The notes under the pieces are model-generated. The model was not told where the DNA came from. It searched no databases and saw nothing but the letters and a program-made list of their open reading frames with translations. 64,000 bases of DNA from Bacteroidia bacterium (lineage in GTDB: Bacteria > Bacteroidota > Bacteroidia > Cytophagales > Cyclobacteriaceae), in the NCBI GenBank assembly GCA_031382175.1, contig JANMYO010000048.1, positions 31,927-95,926 of the forward strand. Direction: 5' to 3'. This document shows, in pieces, positions 40,696 to 48,515 of this stretch (position 1 is its first letter; every line of letters begins with the position of its first letter). A program made the position numbers and the translations under genes.

Positions 40696-41718
40696 ATGGG
40701 AAGAGTGAAAATACAAGATATTTTAAAAGAACGGATACTCGTGTTGGATGGGGCGATGGGCACTATGATCCAGCGTCATCCCCTCGAGGAAGCCGATTTC
40801 AGAGGCGAGCGATTCAAGGATCATAAATATCCATTGAAAGGGAATAATGATTTATTGTCGATTACGCGTCCTGACATCATCAAAGATATTCATCGTCAGT
40901 ATTTTGAGGCGGGGGCTGACATTGCTGAAACAAATACGTTTAGCGGGACCACTATTGCACAGGCAGACTACCACCTTGAAAGCCTGGCGTACGAACTAAA
41001 TTACCAATCGGCTAAGATTGCCAAAGAAGTTGCCGATGAGTTTACAAAAAGAGAGCCACGAAAACCTCGGTTTGTTGCCGGAGCTATGGGACCCACCAAC
41101 CGTACGCTTTCATTATCCCCTGATGTTAATAATCCCGGTTACCGTGCTATAACATTCGATGAACTTAAGGTGGCGTATAAGGAACAGGCTAAAGGCCTCA
41201 TCGATGGGGGTGCTGATCTTATTTTGGTAGAGACTATTTTTGATACACTGAATGCCAAAGCGTGCCTCTTTGCGATACAAGAACTTTACGAGGAGATCGG
41301 CAAAGAACTTCCCATCATGGTTTCTGGGACCATTACTGATGCAAGCGGCCGGACTCTTTCCGGACAAACTACTGATGCTTTTCTAATTTCAGTGTCTCAT
41401 GCTCCCCTGTTAAGTGTAGGGCTGAATTGTGCGTTGGGAGCCAAACAGTTGAGACCCTATTTGCAAATACTAAACGAACAAGCGCCATTCTTTGTCAGCG
41501 CTTATCCTAATGCAGGTTTGCCAAATGAGTTTGGTCATTATGATCAAAGTCCGGATGAAATGGCCGAGCAAATTGAAGAATTTTTAAAAGAAGGATTGGT
41601 CAATATCGTAGGCGGGTGCTGTGGCACAACTCCGGACCATATTAAGAAGATAGCTGAAGTGGTCGGCAGATATAAACCAAGATTGGTCCATGGTCAGCAG
41701 GCAATAGTCCATAGTTGA
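40696..41718 (+). CDS. Homocysteine S-methyltransferase domain protein (MetH N-terminal module as a separate polypeptide)
   Basis: [21 protein letters not shown], and GLNCALG and GGCCGTTP (zinc-ligand cysteines) are present. Confidence 0.9.
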   Translation: MGRVKIQDILKERILVLDGAMGTMIQRHPLEEADFRGERFKDHKYPLKGNNDLLSITRPDIIKDIHRQYFEAGADIAETNTFSGTTIAQADYHLESLAYELNYQSAKIAKEVADEFTKREPRKPRFVAGAMGPTNRTLSLSPDVNNPGYRAITFDELKVAYKEQAKGLIDGGADLILVETIFDTLNAKACLFAIQELYEEIGKELPIMVSGTITDASGRTLSGQTTDAFLISVSHAPLLSVGLNCALGAKQLRPYLQILNEQAPFFVSAYPNAGLPNEFGHYDQSPDEMAEQIEEFLKEGLVNIVGGCCGTTPDHIKKIAEVVGRYKPRLVHGQQAIVHS

Positions 41719-41738
41719 TTAATAATAAAATTTGAGGT

Positions 41739-42092
41739 ATGGCATTTAAGTTTGAGAATTTGAAAGTATGGCAAAGTGCGGTGGAGTTATCCGGGCAGAT
41801 TTCTGAATTGACTAAGAAATTTCCTAAGGAGGAATTATTTATTTTAACATCACAACTCAAAAGGGCAACAGATTCAATCGCCTTGAATATTGCGGAAGGC
41901 TCTACGGGGCAGACCAATCCGGAGTTTAAGAAATTTTTAGGTTATGCCCTTCGATCAGCAATTGAAGTGGTGAGTTGTTTTTATCTAGCAAGGCGAAGAA
42001 ACTTGGTTAACGATCAGGAATTTGATCACTTCTATAACTATTTAACAACGCTTGTTAAAAGTATTCAGTCACTGCGTAATTCAATTCGCTAA
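41739..42092 (+). CDS. Four-helix-bundle protein (23S rRNA intervening-sequence protein / Avd family)
   Basis: The 117-aa protein has [13 protein letters not shown] and [16 protein letters not shown], hallmarks of the TIGR02436-type family. Its stop overlaps the next start (TAATG). Confidence 0.85.
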   Translation: MAFKFENLKVWQSAVELSGQISELTKKFPKEELFILTSQLKRATDSIALNIAEGSTGQTNPEFKKFLGYALRSAIEVVSCFYLARRRNLVNDQEFDHFYNYLTTLVKSIQSLRNSIR

Positions 42093-44791
42093 TGTACCAT
42101 CGACCATCAACCATCGACCATGGACCTTTAAAATTAAGCGGACTTGAATCCGTTGTGCTTACGCGCGAATCAAACTTTGTAAATATTGGCGAGCGAACCA
42201 ATGTAACAGGCTCTGCCCGGTTCTTAAAACTGATCAAGGAAGATAAGTTCGATGAGGCATTGGAGGTAGCACTCGATCAAGTCAGGGGAGGTGCACAGGT
42301 TATTGATGTCAACATGGACGAAGGGATGCTTGATTCTAAAGCGGCCATGGTGAAATACCTGAATCTTATGGCATCCGAACCAGAGATTTCAAGAATTCCC
42401 GTGATGATTGATTCTTCAAAGTGGGAAGTAATTGAGGAAGGCTTGAAGTGTCTGCAAGGAAAAGGCATCGTTAACTCCATCAGCATGAAAGGTGGAGTAG
42501 AGGAATTTAAACGTCAGGCTAAATTGGTGAAGCGCTATGGGGCAGCCACGGTAGTGATGGCCTTTGATGAAGATGGTCAGGCTGATACTTACCAGCGAAG
42601 AATTGATATCTGCAAAAGGGCGTATAATATATTGGTTAACGAAGTTCATTTTGCCCCACAGGACATAATTTTCGATCCAAATATTTTTCCCGTGGCCACA
42701 GGAATCGATGAACATAGAAATTATGCCTTGGATTTTTTTAAGGCGGCTAAGTGGATTCGGGAAAACCTTCCTCATGCGCACGTAAGTGGAGGCGTTAGTA
42801 ACGTCTCATTCAGCTTTAGGGGGAATCAGAAAGTACGCGAAGCGATGCATTCGGTTTTTCTCTATCATGCTATCCAGAACGGTATGGACATGGGCATTGT
42901 AAACCCTACGATGTTGGAGGTATACGATGAGATTCCTAAAGATCTTCTTGAACGAGTCGAAGATGTTTTGTTAAACAGGAGGGAAGATGCCACGGAAAGG
43001 CTTCTGGAATTTGCCGAGACCGTAAAGGGTTCAGCAAAGAAGAAAGAGGTTGATGATGAATGGAGAAACGGGTCGGTGGAGGATAGAATAACCCATGCCT
43101 TGGTAAAAGGTATCATTGATTTTGTCGATGCCGATACAGAAGAAGCTCGTTTAAAGTATGGCAAGCCGTTGAACGTCATTGAAGGTCCATTGATGGCCGG
43201 GATGAACGTGGTCGGAGATTTATTTGGAGCGGGTAAAATGTTTTTGCCACAAGTGGTGAAGAGTGCTCGCGTTATGAAAAAATCAGTTGCTTATCTCACG
43301 CCTTTTTTGGAGGAAGAAAAAAGGCAAACAGGGAACACGGGCCAGGTGGCTCCTAAGATTTTATTAGCGACCGTAAAGGGAGATGTGCATGACATTGGAA
43401 AGAATATAGTAGGCGTTGTGTTGGCCTGCAACAACTACGATGTGATTGACTTGGGTGTTATGGTTCCAGCTGAGAAAATCCTGGAAGCGGCCAGACGTGA
43501 AAAAGTAGATGTGATTGGTTTAAGTGGATTGATTACTCCTTCCCTGGATGAGATGGTGCATTTTGCCAAAGAGATGGAGCGGGAGAAAATGACGTTACCG
43601 CTGTTGATAGGAGGGGCCACCACTTCACGGATACATACGGCTGTTAAGATCGATCCTGTTTATTCGGGTCCAGTCGTCCATGTCTTGGATGCATCACGTT
43701 CTGTTCCGGTAGCCAGCGAATTGATTAATCCCAAGACCCGAGGCGACTTCCAAACAAAGATGAAGTTGGAGTATACCAATATGAGGAAGGACCATGAGAA
43801 CAGGCAGCAGTTGAAAAATTATATCCCTTTAGTCGAGGCTCGGAAGAATAAAGTAAAAATCGATTGGGATAAATTTGAACCGCACAGACCTACCTTTCTG
43901 GGTAAGAAGATTTTGCTTGACTTCCCTCTTGCAGAGATCAGTAAATTCATCGATTGGACTCCGTTTTTCCAAACGTGGATGTTGGCCGGTCGTTATCCGG
44001 CTATTCTTGAAGACGCTGTCGTAGGTGTTGAGGCAAAAAAACTTTTTGCTGATGCACAGGTTATGCTTAAGAAGATTATCAGTGAAAACAGGTTGCATGC
44101 GAATGGTGTATTTGCCTTTTATCGGGCCAACACCAATGATAAAGATGACGTTATTCTTTATCAAAATGGAAAGGAATTTAGAAAACTTCATTTCTTACGT
44201 CAGCAAAATAAGAAGGCTCAAAATCTTCCAAACTTCTGCCTGTCAGATTTCATTGCGCCAACCTCAAGCGGTAAACAAGATTACATTGGCATGTTTGCCG
44301 TAACAGCAGGAGTGGGGATTGAGAAAATTTTAGAGGAGTTTAAGGCTCAGCATGATGACTATTCGGATATCATGGTAAAGGCCTTGGCAGATCGCCTGGC
44401 CGAAGCCTTTGCGGAATGCTTGCATGCAAAAGTGAGAAGAGAATACTGGGGATATGCTTCCCATGAGGCCTTAAGTAATGAGCAAATGATTCACGAGGAG
44501 TATGATGGTATCCGGCCAGCACCCGGTTACCCGGCTTGCCCTGATCACACAGAGAAGCAAACTATATTTGAATTGTTGGATGCTGAAAAAGAGGCAGGGA
44601 TCATGTTAACAGAATCTTTTGCCATGTATCCGGCCTCATCGGTTAGCGGATATTACTTTTCTAACTCAGCGTCAAAGTATTTTGGATTAGGCAACATTGA
44701 TAAAGATCAAGTCATTGAATATGCAACTCGAAAGGAAAAACCGGTAGCGGAAATGGAAAAATGGCTTTCGCCAAATTTATCCTACAATTGA
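42092..44791 (+). CDS. metH: Methionine synthase MetH, pterin-binding + B12-cap + B12-binding + AdoMet-activation modules
   Basis: LKLSGLE.....[13 protein letters not shown] marks the start of the pterin domain. [11 protein letters not shown] is the DxHxxG B12 ligand loop, and the C-terminal reactivation domain is present. Confidence 0.93.
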   Translation: MYHRPSTIDHGPLKLSGLESVVLTRESNFVNIGERTNVTGSARFLKLIKEDKFDEALEVALDQVRGGAQVIDVNMDEGMLDSKAAMVKYLNLMASEPEISRIPVMIDSSKWEVIEEGLKCLQGKGIVNSISMKGGVEEFKRQAKLVKRYGAATVVMAFDEDGQADTYQRRIDICKRAYNILVNEVHFAPQDIIFDPNIFPVATGIDEHRNYALDFFKAAKWIRENLPHAHVSGGVSNVSFSFRGNQKVREAMHSVFLYHAIQNGMDMGIVNPTMLEVYDEIPKDLLERVEDVLLNRREDATERLLEFAETVKGSAKKKEVDDEWRNGSVEDRITHALVKGIIDFVDADTEEARLKYGKPLNVIEGPLMAGMNVVGDLFGAGKMFLPQVVKSARVMKKSVAYLTPFLEEEKRQTGNTGQVAPKILLATVKGDVHDIGKNIVGVVLACNNYDVIDLGVMVPAEKILEAARREKVDVIGLSGLITPSLDEMVHFAKEMEREKMTLPLLIGGATTSRIHTAVKIDPVYSGPVVHVLDASRSVPVASELINPKTRGDFQTKMKLEYTNMRKDHENRQQLKNYIPLVEARKNKVKIDWDKFEPHRPTFLGKKILLDFPLAEISKFIDWTPFFQTWMLAGRYPAILEDAVVGVEAKKLFADAQVMLKKIISENRLHANGVFAFYRANTNDKDDVILYQNGKEFRKLHFLRQQNKKAQNLPNFCLSDFIAPTSSGKQDYIGMFAVTAGVGIEKILEEFKAQHDDYSDIMVKALADRLAEAFAECLHAKVRREYWGYASHEALSNEQMIHEEYDGIRPAPGYPACPDHTEKQTIFELLDAEKEAGIMLTESFAMYPASSVSGYYFSNSASKYFGLGNIDKDQVIEYATRKEKPVAEMEKWLSPNLSYN
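42097..42124 (+). repeat. Four phase-locked 7-nt units at the 5-prime end of the metH ORF
   Basis: ccatcga ccatcaa ccatcga ccatgga encodes the non-conserved HRPSTIDHG linker that precedes the canonical LKLSGLE. Confidence 0.7.
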
Positions 44792-44831
44792 TAGATTCGT
44801 TGATGAGATGATTTGAAGATTCGTAGATGAA
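44792..44831 (+). repeat. Five phase-locked 8-nt units (GAT every 8 nt) in the metH-metF spacer
   Basis: Units are tagattcg ttgatgag atgatttg aagattcg tagatgaa. The 13-mer tgatttgaagatt (44809-44821) recurs at 52664-52676. Confidence 0.75.
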
Positions 44832-44900
44832 ATACATATTACCCGATTTGAATTAAGTAATCACCGAATTGATGCATTAACAAATTACCGAATTATTACT

Positions 44901-45857
44901 ATGAAAGTAACAGAACACATAAAGAACGCCAACGGCAAAACGCTTTTCAGCATCGAAATTCTTCCTCCCTTAAAAGGAGAGAATATCCGTACACTGTTTG
45001 ATAATATGGACCCATTGATGGAGTTTAAACCTCCGTTTATTGACGTTACCTATCATCGGGAGGAGTATGTTTATAAGAAGAAGGATAATGGACTTTTAGA
45101 AAAGCGATCCACCCGTAAGCGCCCAGGGACGGTAGGAATATGTGCAGCCATTCAAAATCATTACAAGGTAGATACCGTGCCTCATATTATCTGCGGGGGT
45201 TTTAGTAAGGAAGAAACAGAGAATGCCCTTATTGACTTACAATTTTTGGGAATAGATAATGTGCTGGCATTGCAGGGAGATGCAATTAAAAGTGAAGCGC
45301 GCTTTGTTGCTGAACCGGATGGGCATAAATATGCTTCTGAATTACTAGGCCAAATCGTGGCCATGAATAACGGAAAGTTCATTGAAGAAGAATTGCAACA
45401 TCCCAATCCTACCAATTTTTGTGTGGGCGTGGCAGCTTATCCTGAAAAGCACTTTTCTTCCCCTAACCTAAAGACGGATATCAAATACCTGAAGCATAAA
45501 GTAGATTTAGGAGCAGAGTATATCGTAACACAAATGTTTTTTAATAACGAGAGGTATTTCGAATTTGTGAAACTCTGCAGAGAGAATGATATTCATATCC
45601 CTATCATTCCGGGAATCAAGCCAATCACTGCAAAAGTTCAGACGACAGTGCTTCCTACCATATTTCACATTGATCTGCCTGATGAGTTGGCGGATGAAAT
45701 AGAGAAGTGTAAAGACAATACCGCTGTAAAGCAGGTGGGAATTGAATGGACCATAAGACAATCAAAAGAGTTGATGAAGTTTGGTGTGCCCACGTTGCAT
45801 TATTACTCGATGGGTAAATCTGATCCAATTTATAAGATTGCGAGAGAGTTATTTTAG
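44901..45857 (+). CDS. metF: Methylenetetrahydrofolate reductase
   Basis: FSIEILPP, DVTYH and TQMFFN motifs are present, and the gene lies in the met operon. Confidence 0.9.
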   Translation: MKVTEHIKNANGKTLFSIEILPPLKGENIRTLFDNMDPLMEFKPPFIDVTYHREEYVYKKKDNGLLEKRSTRKRPGTVGICAAIQNHYKVDTVPHIICGGFSKEETENALIDLQFLGIDNVLALQGDAIKSEARFVAEPDGHKYASELLGQIVAMNNGKFIEEELQHPNPTNFCVGVAAYPEKHFSSPNLKTDIKYLKHKVDLGAEYIVTQMFFNNERYFEFVKLCRENDIHIPIIPGIKPITAKVQTTVLPTIFHIDLPDELADEIEKCKDNTAVKQVGIEWTIRQSKELMKFGVPTLHYYSMGKSDPIYKIARELF

Positions 45858-45936
45858 AAAGCACTGTCCGGTCAATTGATGTTGTTCCATAATGAAGTCA
45901 AGAAATGCATATTGTCATTTTTTTTATATTTGAGTA

Positions 45937-46185
45937 ATGAATGTCACCAAAAGGAGACAAAATGAAAAGGAATTTGAGAATTGGACTAAAACATCTGGTG
46001 GAGGCAGGCAGTATTGGTTTGATGTGATGGGACGAAACGGAGGTAAAGCACGATATGTCAAAGAGGTTGATCTCAATGAAACAACCATAGCATTTTGGCA
46101 GGAGGTTTTTGATATACACGGAACAATGATTGAGCTACATGAAAAGTTTCCAATTGACAAGGGACATATAAAAATTGTACTATGA
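45937..46185 (+). CDS. Hypothetical small protein (82 aa), first gene of an overlapping pair
   Basis: ATG start. Its stop overlaps the next start (ATGA). No family assigned. Confidence 0.5.
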   Translation: MNVTKRRQNEKEFENWTKTSGGGRQYWFDVMGRNGGKARYVKEVDLNETTIAFWQEVFDIHGTMIELHEKFPIDKGHIKIVL

Positions 46186-46442
46186 TAACAAAGCAATCTA
46201 TCGCCATGCGGCTTTTAGCTTACATGAAGCATGAGATCAACCTGCCACAGTTAGTGACTTGGTCGGAAAACGCTATTATGCAGGGAGGCTTTGAGCCCGG
46301 AAGCGAAGGAGAGATTAAAATTGTATTAGGTAAGCTAGGCCTTGCTGATGTAAACAACTTTGGCCTGCTTTGGGAAGATTGTGAGCAGTTGATGGCACAA
46401 TTAGGATATAAAGTGAAAATCGAGGCGGCCTTAGTGGCTTAA
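46182..46442 (+). CDS. Hypothetical small protein (86 aa), second gene of the overlapping pair
   Basis: It overlaps the previous ORF by 4 nt. No family assigned. Confidence 0.5.
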   Translation: MITKQSIAMRLLAYMKHEINLPQLVTWSENAIMQGGFEPGSEGEIKIVLGKLGLADVNNFGLLWEDCEQLMAQLGYKVKIEAALVA

Positions 46443-46477
46443 TAGATTATAATTTGACTTGCCAACGTTAGCATTTC

Positions 46478-46534
46478 TACTCCATGGGTAAATCTGATCC
46501 GATTTACTGAATAGCCGGAGAGTTATTTTGAGCA
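46478..46534 (+). repeat. Second copy of the metF 3-prime end (compare 45804-45864)
   Basis: tactccatgggtaaatctgatccgatttactgaatagccggagagttattttgagca matches tactcgatgggtaaatctgatccaatttataagattgcgagagagttattttagaaagca. The copy has an in-frame TGA. Confidence 0.85.
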
Positions 46535-46683
46535 TTTGGAATTTTTAGTTCTTCTAAAACCTGACGTATCATGGTAGTCTTGCCCACCTGGCGCGGGCCA
46601 TAGATTGCCTGAATGAGCTTTCTGGGCTCCATCAGTCTTTTCATAACTAATTGATAGTGAGTTCTTTTTATTGAATTAATCAT
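46504..46683 (-). pseudogene. N-terminal fragment of an AAA-type ATPase (DUF4143-associated family), truncated
   Basis: MINSIKRTHYQLVMKRLMEPRKLIQAIYGPRQVGKTTMIRQVLEEL includes a Walker A motif. The reading frame then runs into the metF-end repeat and stops. Full-length relatives are several-fold longer. Confidence 0.65.
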
Positions 46684-46741
46684 TTTACTCAACATATTGA
46701 GTAAAATGTAATGAGCGCCTATTTTTTTGACCCTAAGAATG

Positions 46742-46778
46742 CCTGATTTACTGAATAGCCAAGGAATTGTTTTAAGCA
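46742..46778 (+). repeat. Third, shorter copy of the metF 3-prime end
   Basis: cctgatttactgaatagccaaggaattgttttaagca shares gatttactgaatagcc with copy 2, including the same in-frame TGA. Confidence 0.7.
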
Positions 46779-46781
46779 AAC

Positions 46782-46814
46782 AAAAAAAAGGGGCGAGAGC
46801 CCCTTTAATTTTCT
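46782..46814. terminator. Bidirectional rho-independent terminator
   Basis: The stem aaaggggc / gccccttt has an 8-bp pairing and a gaga loop. It is preceded by an A8 run (a U-run for the minus-strand gene) and followed by a T-rich tract. Confidence 0.8.
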
Positions 46815-46829
46815 ATTAGTTAAGATCAG

Positions 46830-48491
46830 TTAAGGTATGGGTAGACCTGTTCCTTTGTATTGACTAATATCCGTCAACGGTACTGTTGCTCCAAATTTTT
46901 CGTTGATAGCGGCAATAAACACTCGTGATAAGAATGCGTAGCCGCGACTATTTGGATGGACACCATCTTCAGAATAGATTCCTGTAGGAGGGGCAAGACT
47001 AGGTGTTATAGTTACGCCATTATAGACACCCGCTTTATTGGTAACAAGAGTTGCTAAAGCAGCGCTAACATCAGCTAGAGCAAGTCTTGTGGAATTTGCC
47101 GTAACATAATCCTTTACAGTTGTGTTAAAAGCCTCCCTTGCAGCCATAATAGCGGTAATCTCGCTAGGGATAAGCACACCGGCATCGCCCAAAGGAACAG
47201 TGACTCCGTTTACTTTTGTCGGATCGCCACCAACAAGCGTTCCTAAGACTGATCCGGTACCTAATGGTATAATATCAGTAGCTGTTGTTTGCCGAACCTT
47301 CTGATAAGGTGCAAGAGCTGTGCGTTGGCCTGCCGTAATAGCCCCAACGCCTAATAATCCATCAAAATAGGGTCCTAGGTCAGTCAGGGTTTCATCAGTG
47401 ATAAGAATCTTATTGGTACAACTTGCAGTAAATGTGACTTTGCGAGTACCAATTTCTGCTTTAAGTGCATCATTAATTCCAAATGCCACTGCGTTAGCAA
47501 TTAATCCATCAAGCGCTGCATTATAACCGGCAAAGCCTGTACTGACTGCAGATGCAGTTGCAGCATCCAAGGGAATTGGATTATACTTTACAGAGGTAAA
47601 ATGGGGCATTACAAAAATATCCGGAAAATTACCTACAACTCCCTTAAGATTTGGATTGGAAGCAAGCAATCCGGTAGTTGGGCTGAGTGCGGCATTGTAA
47701 TACGCACTAAAAAGTCCGGAAGAAGTTAAGGGTGCTTTAGTTGGATCTGCGCCAAAAGCCGCGTACAAAAAGAAATCATCAAGGCCCAACCAAAACATGA
47801 AGAATGTTCCTTGGGCAGCTGCTACATCTCCAATGATTGTTGTTGTACCACCGGGTGGAGGAGCTAATCTTGCATAGAACGGACTAAATCCAACAGCGGG
47901 ATTCGGTACAGCCCAGTTACCGGTGGCGGTAGTCAATGCCTGACCAAGCGTGATTGCAGGAACTCCGAAATTGTTAAGAGTTGTTTTTCCTCCAGTATAA
48001 ATGAATGCCGGGTTCAATGATGGGTTTGGAACTGCCTCAAGATTACCTACATCATATTTTTGGGCCGTTGGCTTGGGAGAGATTTTTCCCGTAGCGCAAT
48101 CAGGTGTAGTACTATTTTGAAGTAGCAATCTTCCAATAACTTTACTATCTGTGCCTGGATTCGGTGTAACGAATAGATTGTAACCTAAGGTAGCCTTAAT
48201 ATCAGGTTGAATAAAAGCACCTCCACCTACACCAGATATAGCAAATTGTTTAGCCATAATAGCGGGTAAAGAATTGGTCTGTCCTTCTGTAAACAAAGCT
48301 CCGCCTTGCATTCCGGCAACAAACGAATTACCGATGGCAATAAATTTTGTAAAATCAGCGGTACCCTTAGTCCCGGTAATAGGATCTGGTGTTACTGGAA
48401 CCTCTGGTTCAGGAACAATTGGTTCTTGCTTACACGACCCCACCAGGAGGACCGTGATCAGGAGAATATAGAGATATTTAGTGTTTTTCAT
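46830..48491 (-). CDS. SGNH/GDSL-hydrolase-like lipoprotein
   Basis: The ATG at 48491 gives the lipobox MKNTKYLYILLITVLLVGSC. The block I variant is FIAIGNSFVAGMQ and block V is DGVHPNSRGY. The gene lies immediately downstream of a TonB-dependent receptor. Confidence 0.55.
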   Translation of the reverse strand: MKNTKYLYILLITVLLVGSCKQEPIVPEPEVPVTPDPITGTKGTADFTKFIAIGNSFVAGMQGGALFTEGQTNSLPAIMAKQFAISGVGGGAFIQPDIKATLGYNLFVTPNPGTDSKVIGRLLLQNSTTPDCATGKISPKPTAQKYDVGNLEAVPNPSLNPAFIYTGGKTTLNNFGVPAITLGQALTTATGNWAVPNPAVGFSPFYARLAPPPGGTTTIIGDVAAAQGTFFMFWLGLDDFFLYAAFGADPTKAPLTSSGLFSAYYNAALSPTTGLLASNPNLKGVVGNFPDIFVMPHFTSVKYNPIPLDAATASAVSTGFAGYNAALDGLIANAVAFGINDALKAEIGTRKVTFTASCTNKILITDETLTDLGPYFDGLLGVGAITAGQRTALAPYQKVRQTTATDIIPLGTGSVLGTLVGGDPTKVNGVTVPLGDAGVLIPSEITAIMAAREAFNTTVKDYVTANSTRLALADVSAALATLVTNKAGVYNGVTITPSLAPPTGIYSEDGVHPNSRGYAFLSRVFIAAINEKFGATVPLTDISQYKGTGLPIP

Positions 48492-48515
48492 ATCTGTAGT
48501 TTTATGATTCACGGA

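Noticed and set aside
40499-40696. 65-aa minus-strand ORF upstream of metH
   Set aside because: It lies antisense to a well-matching SAM-I riboswitch. Its SPIAIGE segment is the translated P3 palindrome.
41739-42092. Diversity-generating retroelement, since Avd proteins share the four-helix-bundle family
   Set aside because: No reverse transcriptase and no template/variable repeat pair are visible near either four-helix-bundle gene.
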